This document shows positions 30,854 through 41,085 of a stretch of DNA of 64,000 bases, one piece after another. The position numbers and the translations under genes are program-made. Source of the DNA: a bacterium (GTDB lineage: Bacteria; Zixibacteria; MSB-5A5; GN15; FEB-12). The notes beneath the pieces are model-generated. The model searched no databases. It worked only from the letters and a program-made list of their open reading frames with translations, and was not told the origin of the DNA. Each line of letters starts with the position of its first letter. The stretch's first letter is position 1. The stretch is taken from the NCBI GenBank assembly GCA_043811375.1, contig JBDRNJ010000014.1:1-64000 (forward strand), written 5' to 3'.

Positions 30854-31460
30854 GTCGCTCCTCCTTTGGTGTCGGGCAAGGCCCGTGGTATTTCTCGTGA
30901 CCGATCAACGTCTGTGGTGAACCGATCTTAAGGTCGTATTTTTCGCGCAGAGTTGTGATCAGAGGTTTCCAGGTGGTTGTTTTGTCGCGGTTGCTGATCA
31001 ACCGGTCGATTTCGGCGGCGTACGGCGAGTTGCAGATAGGGCAGTCGGAATGGGAAGCGGCGACAACCCCGAAACGTTGCTCTACAAAACCGGCCAGCTT
31101 TTTGCGCAGCTTTTTGACCGCCCGTTTGTGCAGAGCTTCAAGCTTGTGCACCGACCGCCCGGTCCTATCGGACAACTCCCGGTAGCTTTTACCCATCAGG
31201 TAGAAGTGCACGATAAGCTCGCGCTCTTCATCGTTGAGAGCCTCGAGCGCCCTGCTAACCTGCGACCTTATTTCGCGCTGCCCCGGCTCCTCCCGGTTGA
31301 TCCGGCGCACCTCCTCCCGGCTGATTTCGCTCGCTGCCGGATCATCCAGTGAAATCGCCTCCAGTAGCGGATCGCACTGGTATCGGCCTGTTTTCAGCAC
31401 TTCCGGATCGATCCCGATCTCTGCAATCCAGTTCTGATAAACAATTCGACTGCCTGACAT
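30837..31460 (-). CDS. Sigma70 region-4-like HTH protein with C-terminal CxxC...HxxxH putative Zn site
   Basis: ALEALNDEERELI...GKSYRELS...HKRAVKKLR; CPIC and GHEKYH; AAGGAGG RBS before ATG at 31460. Confidence 0.7.
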   Translation of the reverse strand: MSGSRIVYQNWIAEIGIDPEVLKTGRYQCDPLLEAISLDDPAASEISREEVRRINREEPGQREIRSQVSRALEALNDEERELIVHFYLMGKSYRELSDRTGRSVHKLEALHKRAVKKLRKKLAGFVEQRFGVVAASHSDCPICNSPYAAEIDRLISNRDKTTTWKPLITTLREKYDLKIGSPQTLIGHEKYHGPCPTPKEERHEQSE

Positions 31461-31757
31461 ATTGTCCTCCTTTTCCCGCTCAAGGTAGCTGCCGCCGGAG
31501 TTCATGGCTACCATATGCGGGTCTCAAGCTACACGGCATCCACAGTCGGACCAGTATCACACCATCACTTGTGTGTGCAGCAATGCCTTAGCAGTTGGCG
31601 GGGACAAACCGGTACGGTGAGAGTATCTGTCAAAGCTGGCTTTGGGTGAGCCATGTGACTATCTTAACACTGATTATGTTCAACGGATAAACCGGCTCCG
31701 GTCGGTGCCGAAATATGAATAGAGACATGGCTCACCGATTGAGACAGAAGAAACGAT

Positions 31758-32537
31758 TTGCAGGTATCGACTGTGGACGATTTTGAACGTATACCGGTCT
31801 ACCGGGTTGAGGGTGATATTCAACCGGAGTCATCATATAAGGAAGATTCCGGCAATGGTGAATTCCGCCGCTCTCGTCTGACCTGGTTGACCCTGTTTGT
31901 CCTGCTGATCCTCTACCCCGCCTTGTCAGTTCTGTCTGCCGAAGACCCGGCGACACTGTTTGGCAATATGAGCAATCAGATGCTGATGGTGATGCTGGTA
32001 TCGACGATTATCTTACAGTGGTGCCTGTTTCTGCTGATCTATCTGACCTGTCTCCGCGAGCAAACCGGTCTGATCGGCCTTGGCCTCAGGCGCTTTACAC
32101 CCAGGGATATAGCCTGGGGGGTCAGCTTGCTGCTGGTGGCCTTCTTGATTCTGGCCTTCCTGTCGTGGCTGCTGGGGCTCCTCGGTCTGCCGTTACCGGG
32201 TGAGATTTCGATGCTGATCCCCACCGACACGGTCGGCCGCGTCATCTGGGTGGCGGTCTCAATCAGCGCCGGTGTTTGTGAGGAAGTCGCGTTCAGAGGT
32301 TACCTGATGACCCGTCTGCGTCTGATCGGCAAATTCAAGTCCTGGACAGTGCCGGTTATTGTTTCATCGGTGGCTTTCGGCGCCTGCCACTACTCCTACC
32401 AGGGTCTGCCGGGGCTGATTCTTATCACGGTCTACGGCCTGCTTTTGGCGCTGCTGTTTGTGCGTACCGGTCGCCTCTGGCCGTGCATCGTCGCTCATTT
32501 CTTCCAGGACTTCCTGGCGCTGTTCGTGCCGCAATAG
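31758..32537 (+). CDS. CPBP family (CAAX/Abi) intramembrane glutamic endopeptidase; start uncertain
   Basis: EEVAFRGY, FGACH and AHFFQD motifs; multiple TM helices. Confidence 0.92.
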   Translation: MQVSTVDDFERIPVYRVEGDIQPESSYKEDSGNGEFRRSRLTWLTLFVLLILYPALSVLSAEDPATLFGNMSNQMLMVMLVSTIILQWCLFLLIYLTCLREQTGLIGLGLRRFTPRDIAWGVSLLLVAFLILAFLSWLLGLLGLPLPGEISMLIPTDTVGRVIWVAVSISAGVCEEVAFRGYLMTRLRLIGKFKSWTVPVIVSSVAFGACHYSYQGLPGLILITVYGLLLALLFVRTGRLWPCIVAHFFQDFLALFVPQ

Positions 32538-32618
32538 GCCGGCAGCAGACCGAGGCAACCCACTTTCCAGCTTGACAAATACACCGGTGCCGGTGCATAC
32601 TGTTTTGCCATAAGCAGT

Positions 32619-33491
32619 GTGACAACAATCGTTCGATTTGCAGCGGAATATCCGAGAGGGAGGTTTTCAGCGATGTTTGCTCGACACGTTCTCGGAACAT
32701 TGGGTATGGTTTTACTGCTCTATCCGGTGCCCGTATCTAATGCCGGAGCAGAAAGCAAACTCGAATCAGGTACAGGTGACATAACTACATTCTCTTCAGG
32801 ATACGCGGCGACTCTTCCGGAGTGGGCGGAAGATGTTGATTCCGGGGCAATGTCAAATTCACTGGCGGAGTACTATTTGCAGCGTCTGTCGACTAAGGAC
32901 AGGAACCGAAGGATCGTCTCAGGCATCATCAATGTAATTGTCGGCCAGGCCCTGGTATTTGTCGGTCTCGAAGCAACGAGATTGGGCGTGCAGGAACCCG
33001 GATGGGCGGCTGGGACGGTTGTAACTGGATCCGGATGTTTGCTGTCGGCATTGGGTGCAACTGCACTGGGATACACCAGCAAAGCAGAACGGGAGTATAA
33101 ACGCTTAGCTCGTCTTCCAACGTCTCAAGAGAGGAAACACCAAGCCACAGCCGCTCTCCGAGTGGTTTCCGATCGCGCTGCTGAGAAACGCATTGTGACC
33201 GGGCTCACATACTCGGCTCTGTCCGCCTTTTATGCGGCTGCTCTGCCATTTAAGAGATACGAATCCGTTCCCGGCTTCTATGCACCAAAAGAAAAGGGCA
33301 GCGAATGGAATTACGCTATTGCCGGTGTATTCGGGGCCGCTGCTCTGTACTGCTTTGTAATCTCCAGTCCGGACGAAAAGGCCTACCGGCAGTTTTCTAA
33401 CGAAGTTGAGCAACAGGCCGGGCCAAAACTAAGCCTCGCCATCAACTCTACCGGTAGAGATTTGATGCTGGCTGCCGTGGCCTCATTCTGA
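32619..33491 (+). CDS. Hypothetical exported/membrane protein
   Basis: Signal-like N-terminus, hydrophobic hairpins, C-terminal ...LAAVASF. Confidence 0.6.
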   Translation: MTTIVRFAAEYPRGRFSAMFARHVLGTLGMVLLLYPVPVSNAGAESKLESGTGDITTFSSGYAATLPEWAEDVDSGAMSNSLAEYYLQRLSTKDRNRRIVSGIINVIVGQALVFVGLEATRLGVQEPGWAAGTVVTGSGCLLSALGATALGYTSKAEREYKRLARLPTSQERKHQATAALRVVSDRAAEKRIVTGLTYSALSAFYAAALPFKRYESVPGFYAPKEKGSEWNYAIAGVFGAAALYCFVISSPDEKAYRQFSNEVEQQAGPKLSLAINSTGRDLMLAAVASF

Positions 33492-33637
33492 CCTTAGCAT
33501 CACCCGCCGCCACTACTCGGGGCTAATGCAACCTGCCCGCCCCAGTTAAACTTGACTCCAACCATGTCACGGTTCATATAAGAAACAGAAGAGAGGAGCT
33601 ATACCCGGTTCCTACTGGGACAACGGATGATAAATAG

Positions 33638-34450
33638 ATGACACCGCTACGAGCATCACGTCTGGATCAGCGACCCCAGCGGAAACGCCCCGGCTGGCTG
33701 GAGAAGAAACTGCCACCGGGAACCCCTCAGAGAAAGATAATCCTGTGGGGAGTGATACCGCTGCTGCTTTTGATCTTCGCCTACTGGCTGATCGATGATG
33801 TCATCATGATGACGGTTACTCGCCAGGGCACCGAGTTCACACTGCCCGATTTCACCGACCAGCGGCTGATCGAAGCTCAGATCGAACTGGACGATCTGAA
33901 TCTCAGGCACGAAGTCGCTTCTCACGAATACTCCCCCGGCAAGGAGAAAGGGATCATCTTAAATCAGTTCCCCTTTGCCGGGACCAAAGTCAAACCGGGG
34001 CGGACAATCAAGTTTGTCCTTTCGCTGGGACAGAAGCTGATACCTATCCCGGAGCTGAGCGGTAAATCGGTACGGCAGGCGATGCTTGATTTGGAGACGG
34101 CCGGGTTGTTTTTGGGCGAGATCGCCTGGGCATTCTCCGACACGCTGCCGGAGCGGGTGGTGGTTTTTTCTTACCCGGCGGCCGGCATGGAGATACCGCT
34201 GGGCACCCAGGTCAACCTGATGGTCAATCGCGGCCGGGCCTCCAATTTTACGTATATGCCAAAAGTGCTGGGCCTGACAATCGACGAGGCCCGCAAACGT
34301 ATCGAGGACAAATCGCTGAAAGTCGGTATCGTCACTTACCGCACCGATGAAAACTACCTGCCCGAAACGGTCCTGGAGCAGTCCGAACCGGAAGGAGCCG
34401 AGCTTGATGTCGCCACCGAAATCGACCTGGTAGTGAGTTCGACGGAGTAA
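33638..34450 (+). CDS. PASTA domain-containing protein (3 PASTA repeats)
   Basis: TM anchor, then LPDFT/IPELSG/MPKVLG repeats with Q.P..G. Confidence 0.92.
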   Translation: MTPLRASRLDQRPQRKRPGWLEKKLPPGTPQRKIILWGVIPLLLLIFAYWLIDDVIMMTVTRQGTEFTLPDFTDQRLIEAQIELDDLNLRHEVASHEYSPGKEKGIILNQFPFAGTKVKPGRTIKFVLSLGQKLIPIPELSGKSVRQAMLDLETAGLFLGEIAWAFSDTLPERVVVFSYPAAGMEIPLGTQVNLMVNRGRASNFTYMPKVLGLTIDEARKRIEDKSLKVGIVTYRTDENYLPETVLEQSEPEGAELDVATEIDLVVSSTE

Positions 34451-34606
34451 GAGGGGGAGGAATCCTCGCTTGACTTATCATCGGTGGGCTGGCATGTTGC
34501 TCCTGTGCTTATTTGCGATTGACAAGGGGTAGTATGTTTTTTGAGTTCGAGAAAATAAGACTCCTTTCCAGCCCCGGGTATCGTCACAGACAGTTGGAGC
34601 AGTAAA

Positions 34607-35818
34607 ATGAAGAACAAGGACAACAGCCCATTTACTCCAGGTAGTCCTGTACCAGCCGAAAACTTCATCGGTAGAACTGCACAAGTCGATGAGGCCATTC
34701 GGCATATGAAGCAGGCAACGCGGGGAAAACAACAGAACGTATTCCTCACTGGAGACAGAGGAATTGGGAAGAGTTCCTTTGCCTCATTTCTTCGTCACTG
34801 GGCTGCTGAAAAGGAGAATGTTTTGGGAATCCATGTCTTTCTCGGTCGAGTATCGACCTTGAACGAGATGGTGCGCCACATTTTTGATCAGGTTCTAAAG
34901 GTAACTCAAGAGCAAACGTGGTCACAGAAAATCAAACAATCCTTCGGTGATAGCATCCAACAAGTAGGGCTGTTTGGCATCTCTCTTAGCTTCAATCCGC
35001 GCAAAGATGAATTGGAGAATTTGGTCGCGAAATTCCCGGAGGCTCTTGACAATTTACTGAAGGGAATCAGAGGGGAACAAAAGGCGCTGTTTATGGCTCT
35101 TGATGACGTTAACGGATTGGCCGAAGAGCCGGAATTCGCTAATTGGTACAAGAGTTTTGTCGATGAAGTTGCAACGCACTACAAGGATTTCCCTGTTTTC
35201 ACCATGTTGGTTGGACTTCCCGAGAAACGTGACAAGCTGGCCAGTTTACAACCATCATTGATGAGGATATTCTCCATCATAGAAATTGAGAAACTCTCCG
35301 ATGACGACGTCAGAGAGTTTCTGTCCCAGTCCTTCCGTTCCGTCAACATACCTGTTTCGTCCGAAGCTATGAAGCTTATGGTCAGGTTCTCCAGCGGACT
35401 ACCTATCCTGATGCACGAGATCGGCGACGCAACATTCTGGGTTGATGATGACGAAAGCGTAAATATCAATGATGCCGTTGTCGGCATTACGCTGGCGGCC
35501 GAGCGAATCGGAAGGAAGTACCTTGACCCCAAGGTCTACAGAGCTATCCGCAGCAAACGTTACCGATCAATCTTGAGAAAACTGGCACAGGTACCTCTCT
35601 CTACCCATTTTTCGACAAAGGAGCTGGGATCCAAGCTAACTGAAGCGGAAAAGAAGGTGCTCCACAATTTCCTGAGAAAATTGAGGGAACTGGGAATCAT
35701 CGAGAGTGATTTGGAGCGAGGTCAGGGGGCATATCGGTTTGTCAATGAAATCTACCCGGTTTACATCTTAATGGAATCGCAACGATACAAGACACAAGCA
35801 TCGCATAAAAAAACGTAA
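34607..35818 (+). CDS. P-loop ATP-binding protein (archaeal-ATPase/AAA_16-like) with C-terminal wHTH
   Basis: PFTPG.P....FIGR, GDRGIGKS Walker A, MALDD Walker B, SSGLP, L..L.ELGII...G.YRF. Confidence 0.85.
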   Translation: MKNKDNSPFTPGSPVPAENFIGRTAQVDEAIRHMKQATRGKQQNVFLTGDRGIGKSSFASFLRHWAAEKENVLGIHVFLGRVSTLNEMVRHIFDQVLKVTQEQTWSQKIKQSFGDSIQQVGLFGISLSFNPRKDELENLVAKFPEALDNLLKGIRGEQKALFMALDDVNGLAEEPEFANWYKSFVDEVATHYKDFPVFTMLVGLPEKRDKLASLQPSLMRIFSIIEIEKLSDDDVREFLSQSFRSVNIPVSSEAMKLMVRFSSGLPILMHEIGDATFWVDDDESVNINDAVVGITLAAERIGRKYLDPKVYRAIRSKRYRSILRKLAQVPLSTHFSTKELGSKLTEAEKKVLHNFLRKLRELGIIESDLERGQGAYRFVNEIYPVYILMESQRYKTQASHKKT

Positions 35819-36058
35819 TAGCACAAGCTTCAAGCTCGGAAGGTTCGCGGCCCAGTTCCGACTCTTGCCAGAGTTACCCCCCCACATTTCCCCACACATT
35901 TCCCTTGCCATTTTTTTCTATTTTGCTATAATTGAAGGCTTTGTAATGGTGCCCCCGGGCTAAACCGGCAGGCCGGAACCCGGCCTTTTTGCCCGAGGGA
36001 ATAATGGAAGACGGCCGCCAAATGGTTGCCGAAAATTGACTGAGATGCATTAGTTAAG

Positions 36059-37384
36059 ATGTTTGCCAACTTAGGCGACAAACTGGAACTGGTCTTCAAG
36101 AAGCTTCGCGGCGCCGGGAAGCTCAGCGAGAAGAATATCAAGGACTCGATGCGCGAAGTCCGTCAGGCGCTGCTGGAAGCCGACGTCAACTACAAAGTGG
36201 CTCGCGATTTCGTTAAGACCGTTCAGGAACAGGCTGTCGGTGAAAAGATTCTGCAGTCAATCGAGCCGGGTCAACAGGTTATCAAGATAGTTCATAACGA
36301 GATGGTTAACCTGTTGGGCGGCAAGGCCGTGGCACTGGCGCCGGTAGATCGCTCACCAACTGTCTACATGGTCTGCGGCCTGCAGGGATCAGGCAAAACG
36401 ACATTGTGTGGTAAGCTGGCTCTGCAGACCAAACGCAGAAACCAGAAGCCGCTTTTAGTGGCGGCCGATATCTATCGTCCGGCGGCAGTCAAGCAGCTTA
36501 AAGTTCTGGCAGATTCGATTTCTGTCGAGCATTTCTCACTTGAGGGCAAGAAGCCGGTGGACATTTGCCGCCAGGCTGTCAGATACGCCGAGAAGAATTT
36601 TATCGACCTGGTCATTCTGGACACTGCCGGTCGGCTGCATATCGACAAGGAAATGATGGCCGAACTGGAAGCGATAAAATCCAGCCTGTCGCCCCACGAG
36701 ATACTGTTGGTGGCGGATAGTATGACCGGCCAGGATGCTGTTAACATTGCCGACCAGTTTCATAAACAACTGGGTCTTACCGGCGTGGTCCTGTCCAAAC
36801 TTGATGGCGACGCTCGCGGCGGGGCCGCTCTGTCGATCCGGTCGGTTACCGGCTGCCCTATCAAACTGGCCTCGACCGGCGAGAAGCCGGCTGACCTGGA
36901 GCCGTTTCATCCCGACCGGATGGCTTCCCGTATCCTTGGTATGGGCGATATCGTCTCCCTGGTAGAGAAAGCCCAGGAGACTATCGACACCGAAGAAGCT
37001 GAGAAAATGCAGGAGAAGCTGCTGAAAGCTCAGTTTGATTTCGAGGATTTCCTGCAACAGATGGACCAGCTCAAGAAAATGGGGCCGCTGGAGTCGATAA
37101 TAAAAATGATACCCGGAGTGGGCAAAGCCCTCAAGGGGATCAAGGTCGAAGAGAAGGATATGGAGCGGATGGTGGCCATCATCAAGTCGATGACTATCGA
37201 GGAACGACGTCACCCGGGTTTGATCGACGGTTCGCGCAAGCGTCGGATTGCCGTTGGCTCGGGCAACTCGGTGCAGTCGGTCAACCAACTGCTCAAACAG
37301 TTTTTTGCCATGCAGAAAATGTTTCATAGTATGAACAAAGGCAGACTCAAGAGCATCCCCAAAGGGATGCTTCCGTTTGCATAA
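36059..37384 (+). CDS. ffh: Signal recognition particle protein
   Basis: [34 protein letters not shown] and M-domain. Confidence 0.98.
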   Translation: MFANLGDKLELVFKKLRGAGKLSEKNIKDSMREVRQALLEADVNYKVARDFVKTVQEQAVGEKILQSIEPGQQVIKIVHNEMVNLLGGKAVALAPVDRSPTVYMVCGLQGSGKTTLCGKLALQTKRRNQKPLLVAADIYRPAAVKQLKVLADSISVEHFSLEGKKPVDICRQAVRYAEKNFIDLVILDTAGRLHIDKEMMAELEAIKSSLSPHEILLVADSMTGQDAVNIADQFHKQLGLTGVVLSKLDGDARGGAALSIRSVTGCPIKLASTGEKPADLEPFHPDRMASRILGMGDIVSLVEKAQETIDTEEAEKMQEKLLKAQFDFEDFLQQMDQLKKMGPLESIIKMIPGVGKALKGIKVEEKDMERMVAIIKSMTIEERRHPGLIDGSRKRRIAVGSGNSVQSVNQLLKQFFAMQKMFHSMNKGRLKSIPKGMLPFA

Positions 37385-37409
37385 CCATAACCCGAGGAGG
37401 ATACCTTTA

Positions 37410-37853
37410 TTGCCGGTACATATTCGCCTTCGCCGTATGGGGGCCAAGAAACGCCCCTTCTACCGGATTGTTGCTGCTGATTCGCGCCGCGCTCGTGACG
37501 GGAATTTTCTGGAAATTCTCGGCACTTACAATCCCATCACTACGCCGGCCGAGGTCAAGTTGTTCGAGGATCGCGTGGCCGGTTGGCTTGATCAGGGCGC
37601 CATACCGAGTGACACAGTCGGCTCTCTGTTTACCCAGATCGGCTTCACCGAGAAGTACCTTCTGGCCAAGAAGGGTCAGGATACTTCTGAGATGATCCTG
37701 AAAACGACGATCAAAGAACGACCCAAAAAGACCAGAAAGATGAAAAAAGCAGCCATAACTCCCCCGGAGACTCCCACTGAGTCGGCCGAAGAGACTCCGG
37801 CCAAACCAACTGAGACCACCGGGGAGGCTGAATCCACTGACCAGTCTGAATGA
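37410..37853 (+). CDS. rpsP: 30S ribosomal protein S16 (with acidic C-terminal extension)
   Basis: [30 protein letters not shown] start after GAGGAGG. Confidence 0.96.
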   Translation: MPVHIRLRRMGAKKRPFYRIVAADSRRARDGNFLEILGTYNPITTPAEVKLFEDRVAGWLDQGAIPSDTVGSLFTQIGFTEKYLLAKKGQDTSEMILKTTIKERPKKTRKMKKAAITPPETPTESAEETPAKPTETTGEAESTDQSE

Positions 37854-37958
37854 CACCACTACCAACATGCACAGCATCGATGCCACTATCAGGTTTGACA
37901 GAACTGGACCAAAACACTGTATCTGAGATGAAACCGACAGACAGAAAGGATTACGAAT

Positions 37959-38189
37959 ATGAAGGACTTTATTGAGTCTATCGTAAGGGTATTGGTTGAC
38001 AATCCTGATCAGATTAATATTGTGGAGGTTGAGGGTACCCGTACTACCGTTTATGAACTGCGGGTCGCCCAGAGTGACCTGGGCAAAGTCATCGGGAAAA
38101 ACGGCCAGACGGCAAAATCGATGCGGACGTTACTGTCGGCGGCGGCCGCTCGCCAGGGCAAAAGAGCCGTCCTGGAAATCCTTGAATAG
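37959..38189 (+). CDS. khpA: KH domain RNA-binding protein
   Basis: LVDNPD...DLGKVIGKNG.TA; rpsP-khpA-rimM synteny. Confidence 0.92.
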   Translation: MKDFIESIVRVLVDNPDQINIVEVEGTRTTVYELRVAQSDLGKVIGKNGQTAKSMRTLLSAAAARQGKRAVLEILE

Positions 38190-38192
38190 CCG

Positions 38193-38744
38193 GTGCCGGC
38201 CGACACGTTTATAATAGTAGGTACACTGGGACGCACCCGGGGTGTCACCGGAGAGATGTATGTTACGCTGGAAACGGATTTCCCCGATCGGTTTGTCGAT
38301 CTCAGAGAAATTCATGTACACGACCGCAACGGCTGGGAAATAATGCGCCTGGCTTCTTCCCGGTTGGTATCGGGAAAACCGGTCATCCGGTTCGATAACG
38401 TCACTACCCGGGAGGAGGCCGCCCGGTTGACCGGTCGGCAATTGGGTGTCCCCAGAGATCAGGTAGTCCGGCTCCCGATAGACACCTATTACTTGTTCGA
38501 TCTTATCGGCTGCCGGGTGATTGAAAAGGATACCGGGAGTTCTATCGGCCGACTGGTCGATGTTGAGCAATATCCGGCCAACGACGTGTACGTTATAGAG
38601 GATGAATCAGGTAAGGTGATGCGCTGCCCGGCCGTGAGACAGTATGTAACCAGCGTTGATATTGCCGGGAAAAAGATAATGATATGCAGCGATGGGTTGA
38701 TTCAGGAGCATGAGAGCCCAACCGAGCCGGATGATGAAGTTTGA
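38193..38744 (+). CDS. rimM: Ribosome maturation factor RimM
   Basis: VG...GV.GE, YY..DLIGC.V and ANDVYVI motifs; synteny. Confidence 0.93.
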   Translation: MPADTFIIVGTLGRTRGVTGEMYVTLETDFPDRFVDLREIHVHDRNGWEIMRLASSRLVSGKPVIRFDNVTTREEAARLTGRQLGVPRDQVVRLPIDTYYLFDLIGCRVIEKDTGSSIGRLVDVEQYPANDVYVIEDESGKVMRCPAVRQYVTSVDIAGKKIMICSDGLIQEHESPTEPDDEV

Positions 38745-39495
38745 AATTATTACGCTCTTTCCCGATTACTTTGACCAGTCGCTGAGACAGTCACTGCCGG
38801 GAAGGGCGCTGGAAAAAAAGCTCTTTGAAATCGAAATCATAAATCTTCGGGATTTTGCCCGGGATCGACACCAGACGGTCGATGATACCCCGTTTGGTGG
38901 TGGCGGCGGCATGGTGCTCATGTTGGAGCCGCTGGACCGCTGCCTGCAGGCGCTGGGTTACCGACACCGCGGTCAGACACCACCATCGCCGCAGGACCGG
39001 CTGGTGCTTACTTCGGCGGCGGGAGTGCCGTTTGACCAGGAGCGGGCTATCACCTGCTCGCTGCTGCAGCGGATGACCATCGTCTGCGGTCATTACCTGG
39101 GAGTGGACGAGAGAATCCTGAGTCTGTACGAGATGGATGAGGTCTCGATCGGTGACTTTGTTCTCACCGGTGGCGAACCGGCGGCCGCGGTAATGGTTGA
39201 TGCCATTGTCCGTCTGATTCCCGGGGTGCTGGGCAATTTCCAATCGGCCCTGGGGGACTCCTGCATGGATCGGATGCTCGGCACACCCTGTTACACCAGG
39301 CCGGCTACTTATGACGGACTGCCGGTACCGCCGGCGCTGTTGTCGGGCAATCACGAGGAGATTGAAAAATTCCGCAGAGCGGAGGCCATCAGAAAATGCC
39401 TGGCCAACCGCCCGGACCTGCTTAAACAGGCCGAACTGACCGGAGATGAGATAGACCAGATAAAGAAAAACGACCCCAGTTTCGACATTAGTTGA
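38731..39495 (+). CDS. trmD: tRNA (guanine-N1)-methyltransferase
   Basis: ITLFP, VDDTPFGGGGGMV, CGHY.GVDER, SIGDFVLTGGE and LLSGNH motifs. Confidence 0.97.
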   Translation: MMKFEIITLFPDYFDQSLRQSLPGRALEKKLFEIEIINLRDFARDRHQTVDDTPFGGGGGMVLMLEPLDRCLQALGYRHRGQTPPSPQDRLVLTSAAGVPFDQERAITCSLLQRMTIVCGHYLGVDERILSLYEMDEVSIGDFVLTGGEPAAAVMVDAIVRLIPGVLGNFQSALGDSCMDRMLGTPCYTRPATYDGLPVPPALLSGNHEEIEKFRRAEAIRKCLANRPDLLKQAELTGDEIDQIKKNDPSFDIS

Positions 39496-39509
39496 ATTAG
39501 AAAGGATAG

Positions 39510-39941
39510 ATGATGAAACGCATAGCCCAGATCGAAAAAAGTCATATGCGTGACGACCACCCTGATTTCAAATCAGGCGACACCGTTCGAGTGCACGTTA
39601 AGATCAAGGAAGGCGAAAAAGAGCGCATCCAGGTCTTTCAAGGCGCTGTGATAGGTCGTCGAGGAAGCGGCACCGGCGCCAGCTTCGCCGTCCGCAAGAT
39701 TTCCAGTGGTATCGGTGTGGAGCGCATATTCCCCCTGCACTCGCCCAACATCGATAAGATCGAGATAATTCGCTCCGGCTCGGTGCGGCGTAACAAGCTC
39801 TATTACCTGAGGGGCTTGACCGGCAAATCAGCCCGAATCAAAGAGGAATTCACCGAAAAGGGCAAGAAAAAGGCGCCTGTAGCTCAAAAGGAAATCCCTG
39901 AGGAACCTTCTCCCGAGCAGCAGACAGACACGCCGGAATAG
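39510..39941 (+). CDS. rplS: 50S ribosomal protein L19
   Basis: [32 protein letters not shown] and [10 protein letters not shown] motifs. Confidence 0.98.
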   Translation: MMKRIAQIEKSHMRDDHPDFKSGDTVRVHVKIKEGEKERIQVFQGAVIGRRGSGTGASFAVRKISSGIGVERIFPLHSPNIDKIEIIRSGSVRRNKLYYLRGLTGKSARIKEEFTEKGKKKAPVAQKEIPEEPSPEQQTDTPE

Positions 39942-40013
39942 TACTACCCCACGTTGCGACACGGAAGGTTCAACCTCCTCATGAGAGGAAAGGTCAGATT
40001 CGCACGGCTGAGT

Positions 40014-40892
40014 ATGTCGGCAACTCCCGGCAGGTGCATTACTCCGGTCCGCAGACTCGGTCGGGTACTGTTGCCGGCAGTGATTTGCCTGCTGTTGATT
40101 ATCAGCGGTTGCCGTAAAGACCGACCCTTAGATCACTCCATCCTGATCCTTTATGCGTTTGACGCCGAAGGGGTTGTTATCAACGATAAGATTTCCAACC
40201 GGCGTACGGAGACACATCTGGGCCGCCCGGTAGTGCTGGGCGAATTGTCCGGGAAAGGCGTCATCCTGGCCGAATCCGGAATCGGCATGACCAACGCCGC
40301 TATGACCGCCCAGAGGATGATAGATGCTTACAACCCCCGGACGGTTGTTTTCACCGGCATCGCCGGATCGGTGGACAGCATCGTGAAGATTGGCGATATC
40401 GTAGTCTGCAGCGAATGGATAACACACGATTTTGGTTATATCGGTCGTGACGGCTTCAGACATCGCGGTATACTGGCTTACCAGCCAAACGTTGATTCGG
40501 TGGTGCGCACGGTAGTCTTCCCGGTGGACAGCAATCTGATCACACTGGCTGCCGCACTGGCCGACAGCACACCGGACCTGAGAAAAATCGGCACCCGTCA
40601 ACCGCGTCTGAGAGTCGGTGGTGTGGGTGTCAGCGGTAATACTTTCATTGACAGCGAAACCAAACGCCAATGGCTCTCACACGAATTCGACGCCCTGGTT
40701 ACCGACATGGAATCGGCAGCCGTAGCACAGGTATGTACCGTCAACAAAATTCCCTTTATCATTTTTCGTTCCTCCTCGGACCTGGCGGGAGGTTCCGGTT
40801 CGGCCACCGCCAGGGATGAACTGGAACGCTTTTTCGAAGTAGCCGCCGACAATTCCGCAAGAGTTGTCCTGCAATTCGTGGCCGGGCTGTAG
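40014..40892 (+). CDS. 5'-methylthioadenosine/S-adenosylhomocysteine nucleosidase with lipoprotein signal; start uncertain
   Basis: SGIGMTNAA, FTGIAG, IGDIV, TDMESAAVAQV and R.SSDLA motifs; hydrophobic leader ending ISGC. Confidence 0.88.
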   Translation: MSATPGRCITPVRRLGRVLLPAVICLLLIISGCRKDRPLDHSILILYAFDAEGVVINDKISNRRTETHLGRPVVLGELSGKGVILAESGIGMTNAAMTAQRMIDAYNPRTVVFTGIAGSVDSIVKIGDIVVCSEWITHDFGYIGRDGFRHRGILAYQPNVDSVVRTVVFPVDSNLITLAAALADSTPDLRKIGTRQPRLRVGGVGVSGNTFIDSETKRQWLSHEFDALVTDMESAAVAQVCTVNKIPFIIFRSSSDLAGGSGSATARDELERFFEVAADNSARVVLQFVAGL

Positions 40893-41000
40893 GTGTAGTC
40901 AACTCATCATCCAGACTTGTTGTAAAACACGAGCAATTGGACCACCCAGTCGTTATAGCAGTTGTCATAATTGCGTTCCGATTGAGAGCGGGACTCAGAA

Positions 41001-41028
41001 GGCGGATTCGAAGACGGATCCGCCCTAC
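41001..41028. repeat. REP-like palindrome GGCGGATTCGAAGACGGATCCGCCCTAC
   Basis: Near-identical to 22934-22961 (GGCGGGTTCGAAGACGGACCCGCCCTAC) with compensatory stem changes. Confidence 0.7.
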
Positions 41029-41085
41029 CTGGCTGTTTTTCTGATCATGCCACTTGCGCTCATAATGTCCCTCCTTTCGTAAGAC

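Noticed and set aside
35815..35880. Integron attC site after the ATPase
   Set aside because: Palindrome is imperfect, lacks a proper RYYYAAC/GTTRRRY pair, and no integron integrase is present.
35821..36058. SRP RNA (ffs) upstream of ffh
   Set aside because: The conserved domain IV motif was not found.
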